A stretch of 64,000 nt of DNA, from positions 1 to 64,000 of the forward strand of contig MU271279.1 of assembly GCA_021432655.1 (NCBI GenBank), read 5' to 3'. Position 1 is the stretch's first letter. The number at the start of each line of letters is the position of its first letter. A program made the position numbers and the translations under genes. Positions 61,944 through 64,000 of this stretch are shown piece after piece. The notes beneath the pieces are model-generated. The model did no database searches, had not been told where the DNA came from, and was given only the letters and a program-made list of their open reading frames with translations. The stretch comes from Atractiella rhizophila (lineage: Eukaryota).

Positions 61944-62240
61944 GTACGCCGTTTCCTTTCATTCAGTTCGTGTTGTGGGACCAGAAGTTAACAATTCACC
62001 AGCAGCTGCTTTAGGGCCAGCACTTCGACTTTCTAGCTTTCTCTATTATACCTGCACCTATATCTACGTCCAAAATGTCCATAGCTTCCATCCTTCTTCA
62101 CCGCACATGTTTGCCGGACAAAGACTATGAAGACTAATCGTGACAATGGGGGTCAAGCAGGAAACAAGACACGGAATCACATGAGACTAACATCCAGTGC
62201 TAAGTGAAAGATGTACACTCCCAACGAATCACATCTTACA

Positions 62241-63270
62241 TCACTCCTTCTTCCTCTTCTCCTCCACCTTAGCACCTTCACCCCCACTCCCACTTCCATA
62301 ATAAATGACCTCTCCAAGTATAACCGCATTCAGCGCCGCCGCTGCAACGAAAGACCACCAAATGATCCTATCACCCGTCTCCTGCGCGGTCGTGAAGACT
62401 CTAGCCAAACAACCGACGAGGGAATTGACGACGAGCCACGTGCTAAGTTGTCCCGCAGAGCGTTGTTGATAGATCGTACTGATCTGTGGGAGCTTCGAAG
62501 AGAGCGAGAGAGGGATGGTGAAACCTAGTCCTGCGCGGAGGAGGGAGGGAGGGAGGAGGTGCAGTGTGAAGAGGGTGGGGAGGACGAGGAGGTAGGTTAG
62601 GAGTGGGAGGGGACGGGAAGAGGGGGGAGTGTAGAGGAGGAGGAGGTAGAGGATTATCGCGTTCTGGTTTGAGTTGAGAAGTTAAGATGGGATTTGAGAG
62701 CGAGAGAGTAAAGAACGCTTACTTGGAGTAGGAGGAAGAAGGATTCTCCATATGACACGAACGGGTGAGAGGAGGCGAGGTTGTACCCCACTGTGATGGC
62801 AAGAGACGCCGTGTCTAGCGCGTCTGTGATACTTGCCACGTCAAAACAGTCTGTCAGCCATAGTAAGGAGAGAAGGCACACAAGAGCTAAATGAGAGTCC
62901 CTTCGTGCTCCTACTCTTCAATATGTTCAAAATCTGAGGGACCTTGACTTTGAACGCAACGGGTCATAGAATCAGTAAATAAGTGTTGGGAAGTGGAGGA
63001 TGAGAAGCGCACCAATCGACCCTCCAGCAATGATTCCCACTCCTAACACCTTGCTAACAGCATGCTTCAGGCACTCTGGCTCTGGATTCACGTCCAAAAT
63101 AAGCGTTTTATAGCATTGGGGGCCGATTAGTGCTTCCCCAAGTTGCGGGATGGGGTAGGGGAGGGAGGAGGTCAGTTTCTGGCATAGAAAAAGGGTCAGT
63201 CCGTGCCTTTCGTCTGAATATAACTCACCTGGAGAAAGTTGAGGGACTCGGAGGTCGTAGGAGGGGCCAT
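62241..63270 (-). CDS. MPDU1: Mannose-P-dolichol utilization defect 1 (PQ-loop) protein
   Basis: Spliced CLKHAVSKVLGVGIIAGGSIVKVPQI, PFVSYGESFFLLLQN and SKLPQI...GQLS...GCLARVFTT.QETGD; ends in KRKKE (KxKxx ER-retrieval-like). Confidence 0.9.
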
Positions 63271-63337
63271 TGTTGTTTCAAGTGAAGATGTTCCCTTGTG
63301 TTGGTGGCGGCGTGCGCTTCCGCAACCCGCGCAGGTG

Positions 63338-63371
63338 GACGCGCGATAGCGCGCAAGATCGCGTCGCGTAA
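63338..63371. promoter_or_regulatory. CGCG-rich MCB-like cluster in the MPDU1/thymidylate kinase bidirectional promoter
   Basis: gacgcgcgatagcgcgcaagatcgcgtcgcgtaa within a 180-bp divergent intergenic region. Confidence 0.45.
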
Positions 63372-63450
63372 CAGCATAAGTGGGTACACTGATCAACTGC
63401 TAGACAAACCACAGCTTCGTGCTTTGTATCACTAAGAAATAGTAAGAGCG

Positions 63451-64000
63451 ATGCGTGGAAGGTTCATTGTCTTTGAGGGTTTAGATCGGTCTGGAAAGTC
63501 AAGCCAGTCTGAGCTGCTCAAAGCCAGACTGGAAGAGGAGGATAAAACTGTCCAATTGCTCAAATTTCCAGGTGTGATTTCTTCACGAGATCGGTGATAA
63601 TCAGTTTATTATACACAAATATCTACAGATATTTTTGGCCACCTCTTTTTGGAGAATGAGTTTACTATCGTCCCTCAGTGATAAGATGTTTTCGTGGCTT
63701 TGCTTTCGGTTTCCGTTCTTATGTATAGCCTCATCCGTATCTGAAACAGTTCAAAGTACTAAATCACATCTTCTTTTGATTGCTAGTGCTTATACTCGAG
63801 TATATCGAAGTTCTAGGCGTAGATTTTCACTTTAGGCTGATTGTCATGGACAGCGAAATTGTGCTCACACCATCATTGACGTAGATCGTACCACTCCAAT
63901 CGGAACTCTCATCAACTCCTACCTCCTCTCCAAGTCTAACTTATCAGATGAATCCATACATCTCCTCTTCTCTGCAAATCGATGGGAGAAAGCGTGAGCT
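63451..64000 (+). CDS. CDC8: Thymidylate (dTMP) kinase, 5' part; runs off the window
   Basis: [19 protein letters not shown]...[17 protein letters not shown]...[11 protein letters not shown]; intron 63572-63885. Confidence 0.95.

Noticed and set aside
62600..62650. Apparent frameshift in the last exon of MPDU1
   Set aside because: Recounting the G run (6 G) keeps the frame open through the second PQ loop.

Overview
This is eukaryotic, intron-rich fungal DNA with mostly 45-60 nt GT-AG introns. It is a basidiomycete by gene style; Pucciniomycotina is plausible but not provable from this window. It holds about 20 distinct genes: two F-box/LRR-like proteins, OAC1-type mitochondrial carrier, STE20/GCK kinase, type II flavin monooxygenase, MFS transporter, a divergent cyclophilin-fold gene mostly missed by the ORF track, SWI1/ARID, PP2A A subunit, VTI1, Rab5-family GTPase, DLD2/D2HGDH, a degenerate HNH-like gene, NIPA/DUF803 transporter, a bacterial-type fluoroacetate-dehalogenase-like hydrolase, a secreted Cys-rich protein, an intronless Ura1-like flavoenzyme, a macrodomain protein, mitochondrial S7, MPDU1 and the 5' part of thymidylate kinase. 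Two 8-10 kb blocks are each repeated in tandem around a run of exactly 25 N (12087-20534 / 20560-30085 and 39461-48696 / 48722-57435). These look like two haplotypes placed side by side by gap filling, not true duplications. One copy carries a copia-like LTR retrotransposon remnant whose 3' side is blended with the other allele. The best leads are the dehalogenase-like gene with an altered halide pocket, the coiled-coil pseudo-cyclophilin under apparent purifying selection, and the Ura1-like probable dihydrouracil oxidase with three ACGCGT boxes and two hairpins upstream. All exon models were read by eye and all family assignments come from motif recognition, not database searches.
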